Source of the DNA: Candidatus Sericytochromatia bacterium
Lineage (GTDB): Bacteria; Cyanobacteriota; Sericytochromatia; S15B-MN24; UBA4093
NCBI GenBank assembly: GCA_036676495.1
Contig: JAKFCT010000020.1
Coordinates: forward strand, 1-64,000
Direction of reading: 5' to 3'
Length of the DNA stretch: 64,000 nucleotides
Of this stretch, positions 36,464-49,225 are shown piece by piece. The position numbers were made by a program, and so were the translations under genes. Under the pieces are notes generated by a model that saw only the letters and a list, made by a program, of their open reading frames with translations, was not told the origin of the DNA and searched no databases. Within the stretch, counting starts at the first letter, position 1. Every line of letters starts with the position of its first letter.

Positions 36464-38266
36464 ATGCTCGAGACCATCGTCGCCATCTACGATCAAACCA
36501 TGCAGCGCCACGGCTCCCGCCAGGCACAAACCGTCAAGATCAACGGCAAATGGACTTCCTGGACATGGACCCAAGTCGACCGCAAGGTTCGATCGCTCTC
36601 CGCGGCGCTGATCGACCTCGGCATCCAACCGGGCGACCGCATCGCTCTGCTGAGCGAAAACCGCCCCGAATGGGTCTGGACGGATCTGGCCATCCTCATG
36701 ACCGGCGCCGTCAACGTCCCCATCTACCCGACCCTTACCGCCAAGCAGATTGCCTACATCCTCAACGACTGCCAGGCCAAGGTCGCCTTCGCCTCCTCCG
36801 CGGCCCAGCTCGCCAAGCTCAAGGAAGCCGCCACGGAAGTCCCCTCCCTCGAAGTCCTGATCCACTTCGATAGCAAGGACTCCGCCGCCTTCGACGGCGC
36901 ACGCTCCCTCGACGAGCTCCTCGCCCTCGGCGAAGACCGCCTCTCCGCCCACGAAGCCGAGTTCAACAAGCGCCGGGACGCCATCCGCCCCGACACGCTC
37001 TGCTCGATCATCTACACCTCCGGCACGACGGGCAACCCCAAGGGGGTCATGCTGACCCACCGCAACTTCTCCACCAACGCCTCCACCGTGGCGGACCTCG
37101 TCGACATCCAGACCGAGGACTCCTGCCTCTCCTTCCTCCCCCTCTCGCACGTGCTCGAACGGGTCGCCTACTACGTCTTCCTCTTCCGCGGCGCCCACAT
37201 CAACTACGCCGAGAGCATCGACACGGTCGCCCAGAACCTCAACGAAGTCCGCCCCAGCTTCATCGTCTCGGTCCCCCGCCTCTTCGAAAAGATCCGCGCC
37301 CGCGTCTTCGACACCATGGCGGAGAGCGGCGGCGTCAAGAAGGCCCTCTTCGAGTGGGGCCTGCGCGTCGGCGGCGAATACTTCGCCGCGAAGACCGAAG
37401 GGAAGGAACCCGGCCCCATGCTCACGCTCGAGTACAAGCTGGCGGACCGGCTGGTCTTCTCGAAGGTGCGCGCCCGCACCGGCGGACGCCTCAAGTACTG
37501 CATCTCGGGCGGCGCTCCCCTGTCCAAGGAAGTCGGCCTCTTCTTCCAGATCATCGGCATCACCATCCTCGAAGGCTACGGCCTCACCGAATCCTCGCCG
37601 GTCATCGCCTGCAACCGCGCGACGGCCAACCGGATCGGCACGGTCGGCATGCCCATCCCGCAGGTGGAAGTCAAGATTGCCGAGGACGGCGAGATCCTCG
37701 CCCGCGGCCCCAACATCATGCTCGGCTACTACAACAACCCCACCGCCACCCAGGAGGCCATCGACGCCGACGGCTGGCTGCACACCGGCGACATCGGCGT
37801 CCTCGATGCGGCAGGCTTCCTCGCCATCACCGACCGCAAGAAGGAAATCCTGGTCATGTCCAACGGCAAGAACGTGGCCCCCGCGCCCATCGAGAATGCC
37901 CTCATCACCAGCTCCTTCATCGCGCAGGCCGTGCTCGTCGGCGACAACCGCAACTTCATCTCGGCCCTCATCGCCCCCAACTTCGAGAGCCTCGGCCGCT
38001 GGGCCAAGGAGAACGGCGTGCACGGCAACCCCAGCGACCTGATCGCCGATGCCAAGGTCAAGGGCCTGTTCCGCAAGGAAATCGACCGGGTCACCGCCGA
38101 CTTCGCCCGCTACGAGCAAATCAAGGAATTCGTCCTGCTGCGCGAAGAGCTCAGCCAGGACAAGGACGAGCTCACCCCGACCCTCAAGTACAAGCGCCGG
38201 GTAATCCTCGCCAACTACGCCAAGGAAATCGACGGCCTGTACGGCAACGCTCCCGTCAACGCCTAA
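36464..38266 (+). CDS. Long-chain fatty acid-CoA ligase (AMP-binding)
   Basis: YTSGTTGNPKG, EGYGLTE, LHTGDIG, TDRKK. Confidence 0.92.
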   Translation: MLETIVAIYDQTMQRHGSRQAQTVKINGKWTSWTWTQVDRKVRSLSAALIDLGIQPGDRIALLSENRPEWVWTDLAILMTGAVNVPIYPTLTAKQIAYILNDCQAKVAFASSAAQLAKLKEAATEVPSLEVLIHFDSKDSAAFDGARSLDELLALGEDRLSAHEAEFNKRRDAIRPDTLCSIIYTSGTTGNPKGVMLTHRNFSTNASTVADLVDIQTEDSCLSFLPLSHVLERVAYYVFLFRGAHINYAESIDTVAQNLNEVRPSFIVSVPRLFEKIRARVFDTMAESGGVKKALFEWGLRVGGEYFAAKTEGKEPGPMLTLEYKLADRLVFSKVRARTGGRLKYCISGGAPLSKEVGLFFQIIGITILEGYGLTESSPVIACNRATANRIGTVGMPIPQVEVKIAEDGEILARGPNIMLGYYNNPTATQEAIDADGWLHTGDIGVLDAAGFLAITDRKKEILVMSNGKNVAPAPIENALITSSFIAQAVLVGDNRNFISALIAPNFESLGRWAKENGVHGNPSDLIADAKVKGLFRKEIDRVTADFARYEQIKEFVLLREELSQDKDELTPTLKYKRRVILANYAKEIDGLYGNAPVNA

Positions 38267-38274
38267 ACCGTCCG

Positions 38275-38304
38275 AACCGCCCCCCGAGGGGGGCGGTTTC
38301 ATTT
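38275..38304 (+). terminator. Rho-independent terminator
   Basis: AACCGCCCCCC-GA-GGGGGGCGGTT followed by TCATTT. Confidence 0.7.
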
Positions 38305-38383
38305 CCGGGGCGATCCTGCCAAGACCGTGAGCCGACGCGGATCTTCCGCGACCACGTCCGGGCAAGTATGCTAAACTAGTCCA

Positions 38384-39328
38384 ATGGAACTATCGGTGCA
38401 CTTTCTCGGAACGGCCGGCTCCGTGCCGACCCCCCAACGCGCCCTCTCGGCCACGCTCGTCCAGCGCGGCGGCGATCGCTTCCTGGTCGATTGCGGCGAG
38501 GGCACCCAACGCCAGCTCATCCGCATCGGGATCGGGATCAACCAGATCTCCCATATCCTGCTCACCCACCTCCACGCCGATCACTACCTGGGCGTGCCCG
38601 GCATGATGAAGACCTGGCAGCTCTGGGGCCGCACCGATCCGGTCGCCATCTACGGTCCCAAGGGCCTGCTCGACTTCCTCGACGTGCTCAAGCGCCTCAT
38701 CGGCAAGGTCGACTACCCCGTTTCCTGGCATGAACTCGCGCCCAACGGGGAGATCCCGTTCGACGACTTCCGGATCGTCGGCGTGCAAACCCACCACAAG
38801 ATCAATTCCTTGGGCTACATGCTGGTCGAGGACCCGCGTCCGGGCCGCTTCGATCCGGCGCGCGCCCAGGAACTGGGGGTGACGCCCGGTCCTGACTTCG
38901 GCAAGCTGCAGCGCGGCGAGGCGATCGCCGTCGGAGATCGGCTCGTGCGTCCCGAGGACGTCATGGGCGAGACCCGGGGCAGCCGTAAGCTGGTCTTCAC
39001 CGGAGATACCCGGCCCTGCGCCAGCGTGATCGCCGCCTCGCAAGGGGCCGACCTCCTGGTCCATGACGCCACCTTCACCGGGGAAGCCCAGGAGCGCGCC
39101 GAACATACCATGCACTCCACCGGGGCCGAAGCTGCCGGGGTGGGCAAGGCCGCCGACGTGAAGCTGCTGGCCCTCACCCACACCAGCTTCCGCCACCACC
39201 CGCGCGAGATCCTGCATGAGGCCCGCGGCGTCTTCGACCGCGTGATCCTTCCCAACGACTTCGACCGGCTGGTCATTCCGCTGCCGGAAAAAGGCCCGTC
39301 CTACCTCCTGAAATCTGAAATCAGTTAG
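38384..39328 (+). CDS. rnz: Ribonuclease Z
   Basis: FLGT, DCGEGTQ, THLHADH, GVTPGP exosite, GDT, HST. Confidence 0.93.
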   Translation: MELSVHFLGTAGSVPTPQRALSATLVQRGGDRFLVDCGEGTQRQLIRIGIGINQISHILLTHLHADHYLGVPGMMKTWQLWGRTDPVAIYGPKGLLDFLDVLKRLIGKVDYPVSWHELAPNGEIPFDDFRIVGVQTHHKINSLGYMLVEDPRPGRFDPARAQELGVTPGPDFGKLQRGEAIAVGDRLVRPEDVMGETRGSRKLVFTGDTRPCASVIAASQGADLLVHDATFTGEAQERAEHTMHSTGAEAAGVGKAADVKLLALTHTSFRHHPREILHEARGVFDRVILPNDFDRLVIPLPEKGPSYLLKSEIS

Positions 39329-39429
39329 CCACGGGCGCTATTTGGTTAGCCTCGATCGCTAGTCCGTTAGGCGTAGGCACTGATCGGTTAGCCGCAAGCA
39401 TTGATCATTTAGCCGCAGGCGCTGAGCCT
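39325..39429. repeat. Five degenerate 21-bp tandem units (consensus about TTAGCCGCAGGCGCTGATCGG)
   Basis: TTAG(C/G)C at 39325, 39346, 39367, 39388 and 39409. Confidence 0.8.
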
Positions 39430-39482
39430 GCAAGGCCTGATCGACGCTTGCAGGCGCCGCGCATGCGCTCTAGCATCGGGGC

Positions 39483-40484
39483 ATGCCTGAGCGCGTCATG
39501 ACGGGCGATCGCCCGACCGGAAAGCTCCACCTCGGCCACTACGTGGGCTCCCTGCGACGTAGACTCGACTTGCAGCAAAAGCACCCCATGATCGTGCTGG
39601 TCGCCGACCTGCAAGCCCTCACCACCCACGCCGAACGCCCTGCGGAAGTCCGCGCGGCCATCCAGGACGTCACGCTCGACTACCTCGCCGTCGGGCTCGA
39701 CCCCGCCCGCACGACCCTCGCCCTGCAATCCCTGATTCCCGAACTCGCCGAACTCGCCGCCATCTTCGGCCTGCTCGTCACCGTCGGCCACCTCTACCGC
39801 AACCCCACCATCAAGGCCGAGCGAGCCAGCCTTGAGATCGACGAAGAACAACTCACCTACGGCTTCCTAGGCTATCCCGTCAGCCAAGCTGCCGATATCG
39901 TGGGACTCGGCGGCGTCCTCGTCCCCGTGGGGGCCGATCAGGTGCCCCATATCGAGGAGGCCCGCCGGATCGTCCGGCGGTTCAACACGCTCTACGGGGA
40001 GGTCCTCACCGAGCCCCGCGCCCTGGTCGGCGAAGTCCCGCGCCTCTCCGGACTCTATGGCAAGGAAAAGATGAGCAAGTCGCTCGGCAACGCCATCTTC
40101 CTCTCCGACCCTCCCGATGTCCTGCGCAAGAAGGTCCGCCAGATCTACACGGATCCCACCCGGCTGCGCGCCACGGATCCGGGACACCTGGAAGGCAACG
40201 TGGTCTTCGAGTACCTGGACGCGTTCGATCCGGATCGCCAGGGACTTGCGGCGCTCAAGGAGCGCTATCAGGCTGGAGGCATCGGGGACGTCGCGGTCAA
40301 GGATCGCCTTTTCGAGGTGCTCGAGGCCCACTTGAGCCCGATCCGAGCCCGGCGGGCCCAGTGGGAACAAGATCCCGAGGCGGTCAATCGGGTGCTCCAG
40401 GAAGGCTCCGAGCGGGCGCGGGCGATCGCCATCGGCGTGCTCACCCAGGTACGCGACGCCATGGGCTTGCCCTTGCGGCTATAA
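39483..40484 (+). CDS. trpS: Tryptophanyl-tRNA synthetase
   Basis: [34 protein letters not shown]. Confidence 0.96.
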   Translation: MPERVMTGDRPTGKLHLGHYVGSLRRRLDLQQKHPMIVLVADLQALTTHAERPAEVRAAIQDVTLDYLAVGLDPARTTLALQSLIPELAELAAIFGLLVTVGHLYRNPTIKAERASLEIDEEQLTYGFLGYPVSQAADIVGLGGVLVPVGADQVPHIEEARRIVRRFNTLYGEVLTEPRALVGEVPRLSGLYGKEKMSKSLGNAIFLSDPPDVLRKKVRQIYTDPTRLRATDPGHLEGNVVFEYLDAFDPDRQGLAALKERYQAGGIGDVAVKDRLFEVLEAHLSPIRARRAQWEQDPEAVNRVLQEGSERARAIAIGVLTQVRDAMGLPLRL

Positions 40485-40520
40485 TAGTACGAATAGGCCA
40501 AATGGCACTCTCTTCCACCA

Positions 40521-40558
40521 CTAGCGCCAGCGGCTAGGACAGCGCCCGCGGCTCGGAC
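40521..40558. repeat. Two 18-bp units of the AGCGCCCGCGGCT family
   Basis: AGCGCCAGCGGCTAGGAC / AGCGCCCGCGGCTCGGAC. Confidence 0.7.
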
Positions 40559-40603
40559 CAAGGACCTCTAGAACCTGCGCTAGCACTTAGGAGCATCGAA
40601 CTT

Positions 40604-40987
40604 ATGGACGTCGTCTTATTCAACGTGCACAGCATTTTCGGCGAGCGGGTACTCACCGTCGTGATCCTGCTGGGCCTCATCTACCTGGCGGCCACCTGGA
40701 AGGCGGATAACGAGCGCCCCGTCGTCGGCCGCATCCTGGCCGTCCTGGTCGACATCCAGGTCGCCCTCGGCTTGATCCTTTACGTCGTGTTGATGACCGC
40801 AGGCCGGGCCTTCTCGGGTCAGGTCTTCGTTCACGCGGCCTTCGGCGTGCTCGCCGCGGGCGTGGCCCACATGGCCGCCAAGAACCCGCCCTTCCTCGCC
40901 AAGCTGGGCCGCTTCAGCCCCGTCGTCGGCTTCGGCCTCGCGCTGGTCCTAATGCTGGTCGCGGCCGTCGTGGGACGCTCCGTCTAA
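40604..40987 (+). CDS. Small 4-TM membrane protein
   Basis: AGGAG RBS; four hydrophobic helices with His residues. Confidence 0.75.
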   Translation: MDVVLFNVHSIFGERVLTVVILLGLIYLAATWKADNERPVVGRILAVLVDIQVALGLILYVVLMTAGRAFSGQVFVHAAFGVLAAGVAHMAAKNPPFLAKLGRFSPVVGFGLALVLMLVAAVVGRSV

Positions 40988-41102
40988 GTCCTTTTGCCGC
41001 AAGCGCGATCGGCCTTGCTGCGGGCGCTCAGCCCCGCATGACGCCCTTGCGAGCCAGGCTACTTAGCCGCTGAAGTCGCCAATAAGGCGTCCATCCAAGC
41101 GA

Positions 41103-41138
41103 GAAATCGGCCCCCAGGATATCCTGGGGGCCGATTTC
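41103..41138. terminator. Perfect 36-bp palindrome between convergent genes
   Basis: GAAATCGGCCCCCAGGAT|ATCCTGGGGGCCGATTTC. Confidence 0.75.
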
Positions 41139-41167
41139 CCTTTGAGGCGGCGCTGCCTGGGTTCGGC

Positions 41168-42874
41168 TTACTTCAGCGTGGCGACGATCTGGTTCATCTT
41201 GAGGCCCAGGTGCAGCATGAGGCGGTTCTCCGAGTCGTCGAGATCAATCTGGGTGATGTCCCGGATCCGCTCGAGGCGGTACTTCAGGGTATTGCGGTGA
41301 ATGAAGAGGCGATCCGAGGTCTCGGTCAGATTGCCATTGCACTCGAGGAAGGCCCGGAGGGTTTTCACCAACTCCTTGTCGGCCTGCTGATCGTACTCGA
41401 GCAGCCGTTCGAGGGCCTCGCAGAAGAACTCGTTGGGGTTGCGGCTCTCGGCGAACTGAAGAAGCATCCGGTAGATGCCCAGCTCCGAGAAGGAGGTGAT
41501 GGAGTGGCTGCCTCCGAGCGCCCGCCCGATCTTGACCGCATGCTGGGCTTCGCGGTAGGCCCGCGGGATCGAGAGCAGGTCGGGATAGAGCATGCCCACC
41601 CCGATGGAGACGGTCCAGCCTTCGGTGGTGCCCGAGACCTTCTGGCGGATGGTTTCGGCCAGGTGCTGCACCTTTTCGAGGGTCGGCTGGCCCTCCTTGA
41701 CCGGGTAGAGGATGGTGGCCCCCTGGGTCTGGGTGATGACCAGGGCCTGACGGAAGCTCAGCAAGGAGTTGAGGGTGCTCGCCAGGCGTTTCACCTCGTC
41801 GGGCAGCAGCTCCTCGTTGGGGACGAGGTCGTACTCGACCACGAGCACCCAGTAGGAGCTGGAGAGCTGGTAGCCCAGGTAGGTGGCGCGGCGATGCAGG
41901 GTCTCGGGCGAGATATTGCCGTTGGCGAAGAGCAGATCGCGGAAGAACTCGCGGCGCATCTTTTGCTCGGTCTCGGCGATGCCCTTCTGCTTGAGCAGCT
42001 CGATGGCGATCGCATGCGTCGCATGCATCATGATGCTCGAGCCCTCGGATCCCAAGGGACGGCCGGTCTCGACGTGAGAAAGGAAGCCGCAGATCTCGCC
42101 TCCGACCACGACCGGGAAGATGTGGCGGGCCTCGGCATGGCCGTCTCCCGCAGGCAGGATGACCGGGCTCTTGTCATTGCGAAGGGCCCGAAGGGTCCCG
42201 TCGTCCTCCAGGACCTTGAGCACCGCCATGGGAGTCCCGTTCGAGCCCACGATCAGATCGTAGGTCTCGGACTCGACGCCCTGGGGATTGGCGGCCACCA
42301 TCAGGTTGAACTGGCGATCCTCCACCATGATGGGCCCCTCGAGACGGGTGGCGAGCACCTTGACGATCTCCTCCAGGCCCGCCCCATCGAGCGCGATCTG
42401 GGTGAGCTGGTGCGAGAGGAGCAGGCCGGCCGCCGCCGCCCCGTCGGAGCTGACGAGCTTTTGAAGGCTCTGGAGCAGCTCGCCGGGAGCCTTCGGCAAA
42501 GGCGCCTGAAGGATCGGGAACTGGGCGGTATCCGCCAGGGCCACCAGCTCCTTTTTGAGGCCGCCGGCGGCCGCGGCGCCCAGGATGAGGAGGCCGGCGG
42601 CCTCCGAGCGGATCAAGGCCGATAGGGCTTCGGGGGTCCAATCCGCGCGGGAGCTGACGACCAGCTCTCCGCTCCGGGCGTACGGAGCCACCTCACGGAG
42701 ATCCAGCGAAAGAATCCCCTTGACGGGCCGGGTCATCCCGGGGGCGCCCGCCAAGATCTCGGCCTCGCGCAGCGGATCCAGAACCAGGACGGAGGCCACC
42801 GTCACGCCAAGGACGCCTGAGGACGACGGATCCCGCGGAGTCGCCGTCTCGGGGACGTAGAAGCTCACGTGCAT
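41168..42874 (-). CDS. PucR/CdaR-family transcriptional regulator
   Basis: N-terminal PucR-like domain, GAF-like region, C-terminal LFIHRNTLKYRLERI HTH. Confidence 0.9.
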   Translation of the reverse strand: MHVSFYVPETATPRDPSSSGVLGVTVASVLVLDPLREAEILAGAPGMTRPVKGILSLDLREVAPYARSGELVVSSRADWTPEALSALIRSEAAGLLILGAAAAGGLKKELVALADTAQFPILQAPLPKAPGELLQSLQKLVSSDGAAAAGLLLSHQLTQIALDGAGLEEIVKVLATRLEGPIMVEDRQFNLMVAANPQGVESETYDLIVGSNGTPMAVLKVLEDDGTLRALRNDKSPVILPAGDGHAEARHIFPVVVGGEICGFLSHVETGRPLGSEGSSIMMHATHAIAIELLKQKGIAETEQKMRREFFRDLLFANGNISPETLHRRATYLGYQLSSSYWVLVVEYDLVPNEELLPDEVKRLASTLNSLLSFRQALVITQTQGATILYPVKEGQPTLEKVQHLAETIRQKVSGTTEGWTVSIGVGMLYPDLLSIPRAYREAQHAVKIGRALGGSHSITSFSELGIYRMLLQFAESRNPNEFFCEALERLLEYDQQADKELVKTLRAFLECNGNLTETSDRLFIHRNTLKYRLERIRDITQIDLDDSENRLMLHLGLKMNQIVATLK

Positions 42875-43248
42875 ACTCTGTTCCCTCCCTGGTTACTCTC
42901 CGAGAAGAAGCTCCCCGACTCACCATCCATGCGCGCTGGGCGCGGAACCGGGGGCCGAATCATGGGCTGATCATGGGCCCGACGGGGGCCTCGCTGGGGT
43001 AAGCGGTCAGGGCTAGCGATCGGGGCAAGCGGATGAAAAATGTCCGATTGTTAAGTTGCGTTACAGCTTAACACATCGTTACAAAGCTTGCAAGCGATCT
43101 TGCCCCATCCTTCCGCGCAAGCCCTTCCCCTGGGATTCTCCAGGGAGAAGACTCCTGAGACTTGACAAGACCAGACTAACGTTATAGAAGTCTGTTGCTG
43201 ACAACCTCGATGCCCTTGCTCTGCCCGTTCGCGTCAAAGGAGGCCGCC

Positions 43249-45840
<2,592 letters not shown>

Positions 45841-45858
45841 CGTCAGCGAAAAAGCGAC

Positions 45859-46440
45859 TCAGCGCGCGGGAAGCCCGAGGGCTTCCCGCAGCGCGATCTC
45901 CAGCTCTTTCGTCAGCGGGCCCGTCCCCCGGAGGGCGAAGGGACCGCCGACCTGTCGCTGTCGCTCGGCGTCGAGCAGAACCTCGCCGGAAGCCGGGCTC
46001 ACGACGCGCAGCCGAAACTTGACGTCGCTGTAGGTGCTCCAGAGCACCGGGATGGACAGGTAGAGCAAGGGGCCGAGCTCCGCGACCCGGACGATGACGA
46101 CGGTGTCGACGCCCGCCGCCTTGGCCTCGTCGAGACGAGCTTGCTCGGAGGCGGCGGAACTGGCTGCCACGGGCCGGATCTCGGTCACGCGGCCATGGGG
46201 GAAGTCCTGGAAAGTGTTCTCGATCGCCGTCCGGGCCATGGCCTCCCGGGACGGCTTCTCTTTTTGATCCGGCCGCCAGTCCACCTCGGGCCAGACCGAA
46301 ATGCGGCCCAGGGGCTGCCCTGACGGCAATCCCCAGGGCAAGGCGCCGTGGTGGACCGCATCACGAACCTGTACGGAGGCGCACCCACCCGTGAGAAGCG
46401 CGAAAGCCAGCGGGATCACCCAGCAGCGAAGGGAACGCAA
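45859..46440 (-). CDS. Hypothetical lipoprotein
   Basis: LLTGGC lipobox; GGGAGG RBS. Confidence 0.7.
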   Translation of the reverse strand: MRSLRCWVIPLAFALLTGGCASVQVRDAVHHGALPWGLPSGQPLGRISVWPEVDWRPDQKEKPSREAMARTAIENTFQDFPHGRVTEIRPVAASSAASEQARLDEAKAAGVDTVVIVRVAELGPLLYLSIPVLWSTYSDVKFRLRVVSPASGEVLLDAERQRQVGGPFALRGTGPLTKELEIALREALGLPAR

Positions 46441-46498
46441 TTAAAACCTCCCGGGGAGCGGTGGAGCAGGACCGGCATGGGGCTGATGAGGCTCCGCC

Positions 46499-46993
46499 TC
46501 ACGCATCGTCCGCGCGCACCATGGCCCGCAAGCGATCCAGGTAGGCCTCGGCTTCGGCCCGGTCGCGGAAATCGGGGGTCTGGATACGCGTGCCGTTGGC
46601 GAGTCGGAACTCGATCCGCCAGGTATCGGCCCGCGTTTCCCAATCCTGGACGACGAGCGCCATCTCGGCGATCGCCTCGAAGGGGTAAACCGCCTGGAAA
46701 GGGCGACCATTGGAGCCCGCGTGACTCATGCGGCGGCTACGGGCGTCGAGGCGGAGACTCTCCGACGGGGCGATCAAAGCGATCCAGACGCAAACGGCTC
46801 CGAGGCCCATAGCGACCAGCGAGATGAGCAACGGGACGATGGCGGCCAGACTGGGCCGCAGGCCGGGGACAAGCAGCAGTTCGTAGGGCGCGAGCAGGGT
46901 GAGTAGCCCCGCGAGCAGCAGCGTGATCCGCAGCCACGCCGGGGTCCACTTTCGGAAGGTGAGACCGTCCGGGGTTTCGTGGATCTCCGGCAT
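46499..46993 (-). CDS. Two-TM membrane protein with PH-like C-terminus
   Basis: MPEIHETPDG start just after the mutL stop; two hydrophobic helices. Confidence 0.65.
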   Translation of the reverse strand: MPEIHETPDGLTFRKWTPAWLRITLLLAGLLTLLAPYELLLVPGLRPSLAAIVPLLISLVAMGLGAVCVWIALIAPSESLRLDARSRRMSHAGSNGRPFQAVYPFEAIAEMALVVQDWETRADTWRIEFRLANGTRIQTPDFRDRAEAEAYLDRLRAMVRADDA

Positions 46994-47001
46994 GGGGAGA
47001 G

Positions 47002-48930
47002 CTAGCCCCTCAGGCAGCGGCGGTTGAGCTCGTTCATGGGCATCAAGAAGCCCGTAGGACGGCCGTGGGGACAGGTGAACGGCTGCTCGCACTTGCGCCA
47101 AAGGCTGAGGATGCGCTGCATTTGCTCTTCGTTGAGGCGATCGCCCGCACGGGTGGCCGAGTGACAGGCGATCGAGACACGCCATGCGTCGTCCTTGTTC
47201 TTGGGAGAGACGAAGCGGGACTCGCACCCGCGTCCGAGCATGTCGCGGATCACCTCTTCGGCCTCCGAGACCGGAAGGATGCTGGGGACGGCCCGGACGG
47301 CCCAGGTGACCTCGCCGAAGGGCTCGAGACGGAAGCCGAGGGCCTCGAGCTTCGCGAGGTTCTCCTCGAGGACGGCGTTTTCGGCATGGCTCAGCGAGAG
47401 GGGCACCGGCAGCAGCAGTTCCTGGCTGATGGGCTCGGCGGGAAGCAATTGCTCGTAGAGGTAGCGCTCGTGCGAGTTGTGCTGATCGAGCAGGTAAAGG
47501 CCTTCGGGGTGCTCGAGCACGATATAGGTAGATTGAAGCTGCCCGATGATCCGCAGGGAATCCCAGGGGAAATCGACCTCGCGATTCTGGGCGACCATGT
47601 CGGGAAGAAATTGCTGGTAGGGTCGGGCCGGCATCAAGGGCCGGTAGGCATCCATGGCGGCATCCGACGCGGCGGGGCCGCCTTCCGAGGGCCGGGGCTC
47701 GGCGGGTCTGAGGACCGAGCCGAAGGAACCGAAGGCCGGAGGACCGCCAATCGGCGGACCGGAGGCCGGCAGACCGGAGACCGGCAGACCGGAGGCCGGC
47801 AGACCGGAGGCCGGCAAACCGGAAGCCGGCGAGCCCGCAGGAGTAGGCCCCGTGAAGGCCCCCGTCATCGGCCCCTGGGGACCGAGTCCATGAGGACCGG
47901 TTCCTTCGAGGTAAGCGCCGGGAGTGGATTCCGCCGCGGCGAGGGGGTTGCGGCGCAACGCGCGGGCTACCGCTTCCCGGATGAGGAAAAAGAAGCTCTG
48001 GGCGTCCGCGAGGCGGACTTCCTTCTTGGTCGGGTGGACGTTGACGTCGACGCGCTCGGGATCGACCGTCAAGGACAGGATATAGAGCGGGTGCCGGCCG
48101 GAGGGGATGTGGCCGAGGAAGGCTTCCTCGACGGCGCGGGCGAGGGTCGGGTGGCGCACCGGGCGGCCGTTGAGGAAGAACCACTGCTTGTCCTTGCCGG
48201 AACGGATGAGTTCCGGCGGGCTGACGAGACCCTTGAGGGTGCCATGGGGGCTCTCGCCCTCCACGGGGAGCATGGCCTGGGCGATATCGAGGCCGAGCAC
48301 GTATGCGGCCGTATCGGCGAGGTGCTGGGATCCCGACGTGTTGAAGACCTCTCGCCCGTTGGACGTGAGGACCATCTGCGTGTCGGGATTGGCCAGGGCG
48401 AGCGAGGTGACGGTTTCGACGACATGGCCGATCTCGGTATTGGCCGAGCGCATGAACTTGAGGCGGGCCGGCGTGTTGTAGAAGAGCTCCTCGACGAGGA
48501 TCTGGGTGCCTTCGGGGCAGCCGGCAGGGCTGACCTCGGGCTCGGAGCCGCCATGGATGACGATCTGGGTGCCGGTCTGTTCGCCGCGGGCGCGGGTGGT
48601 CAGGGTGACCTTGGCGACCGAGGCGATAGAAGCGAGGGCCTCGCCGCGAAAACCGTTGGAGGTGAGCCGGAAGAGATCGTCGGCGGATTGGATCTTGGAG
48701 GTGGCGAAGCGCTCGAAGGCCAAGAGGGCGTCCTCGGAGGACATGCCCTCGCCGTCGTCGACCACGCGGATGGTCCGGCCGCCGTCCGAGGCATAGACTT
48801 GAATCCGACTCGACCCGGCATCCAGGGAGTTCTCGACCAGCTCCTTGACGACGGAGCTAGGGCGCTCGATGACCTCGCCGGCGGCGATTTGGTTGGCGAT
48901 ATGAAGCGATAAGCGACGGATTTTGGCCAT
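47002..48930 (-). CDS. mutL: DNA mismatch repair endonuclease MutL
   Basis: IAAGEVIERP..VVKELVENSLDAG, GFRGEAL, DVNVHP.K.EV, DQHNSHERYLYE, ACH, CPHGRP. Confidence 0.97.
   Translation of the reverse strand: MAKIRRLSLHIANQIAAGEVIERPSSVVKELVENSLDAGSSRIQVYASDGGRTIRVVDDGEGMSSEDALLAFERFATSKIQSADDLFRLTSNGFRGEALASIASVAKVTLTTRARGEQTGTQIVIHGGSEPEVSPAGCPEGTQILVEELFYNTPARLKFMRSANTEIGHVVETVTSLALANPDTQMVLTSNGREVFNTSGSQHLADTAAYVLGLDIAQAMLPVEGESPHGTLKGLVSPPELIRSGKDKQWFFLNGRPVRHPTLARAVEEAFLGHIPSGRHPLYILSLTVDPERVDVNVHPTKKEVRLADAQSFFFLIREAVARALRRNPLAAAESTPGAYLEGTGPHGLGPQGPMTGAFTGPTPAGSPASGLPASGLPASGLPVSGLPASGPPIGGPPAFGSFGSVLRPAEPRPSEGGPAASDAAMDAYRPLMPARPYQQFLPDMVAQNREVDFPWDSLRIIGQLQSTYIVLEHPEGLYLLDQHNSHERYLYEQLLPAEPISQELLLPVPLSLSHAENAVLEENLAKLEALGFRLEPFGEVTWAVRAVPSILPVSEAEEVIRDMLGRGCESRFVSPKNKDDAWRVSIACHSATRAGDRLNEEQMQRILSLWRKCEQPFTCPHGRPTGFLMPMNELNRRCLRG
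47758..47832 (-). repeat. Five 15-bp tandem units in the MutL linker (PASGL)
   Basis: ACCGGAGGCCGGCAG units, near identical. Confidence 0.85.
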
Positions 48931-49225
48931 GAGCACCCTTGAGGGGCCGCCGAAAGCGGCCGTAAGATTCCGAGTGAGGCCCCATTGTAACACCGGGGCA
49001 TGCGGCGGGCAAAGCGGCAGGGGAGAATGGCAGGACGTAACGCCACGAAGAACCGGCTTGAAGGAACGGAAGAGGGACGTCCGGAAAGGGGCTGCCGGCT
49101 CGGTGGGAGAGGGGGTCGAGGCGCTAACCGAGTGAAGGAGCGAGCAAAGCCCGGAATCGGGGTACATGAAACGGGGAAACCTCAGGCCCGCTGGGCCCCG
49201 GATCGCAGGCACGGGAGGTGATGAC

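Noticed and set aside
39325-39429. Possible mini-CRISPR array
   Set aside because: The 21-bp period is too short, there is no constant repeat plus unique spacer structure, and no cas genes are present.
39330-39482. T-box leader upstream of trpS
   Set aside because: The region is too short, lacks the T-box consensus and terminator, and is occupied by the 21-bp array.
43140-43248. CIRCE, HAIR or CtsR operator upstream of clpB
   Set aside because: No adequate match; only TTGACA and a weak CAGACT-N11-AGTCTG inverted repeat.
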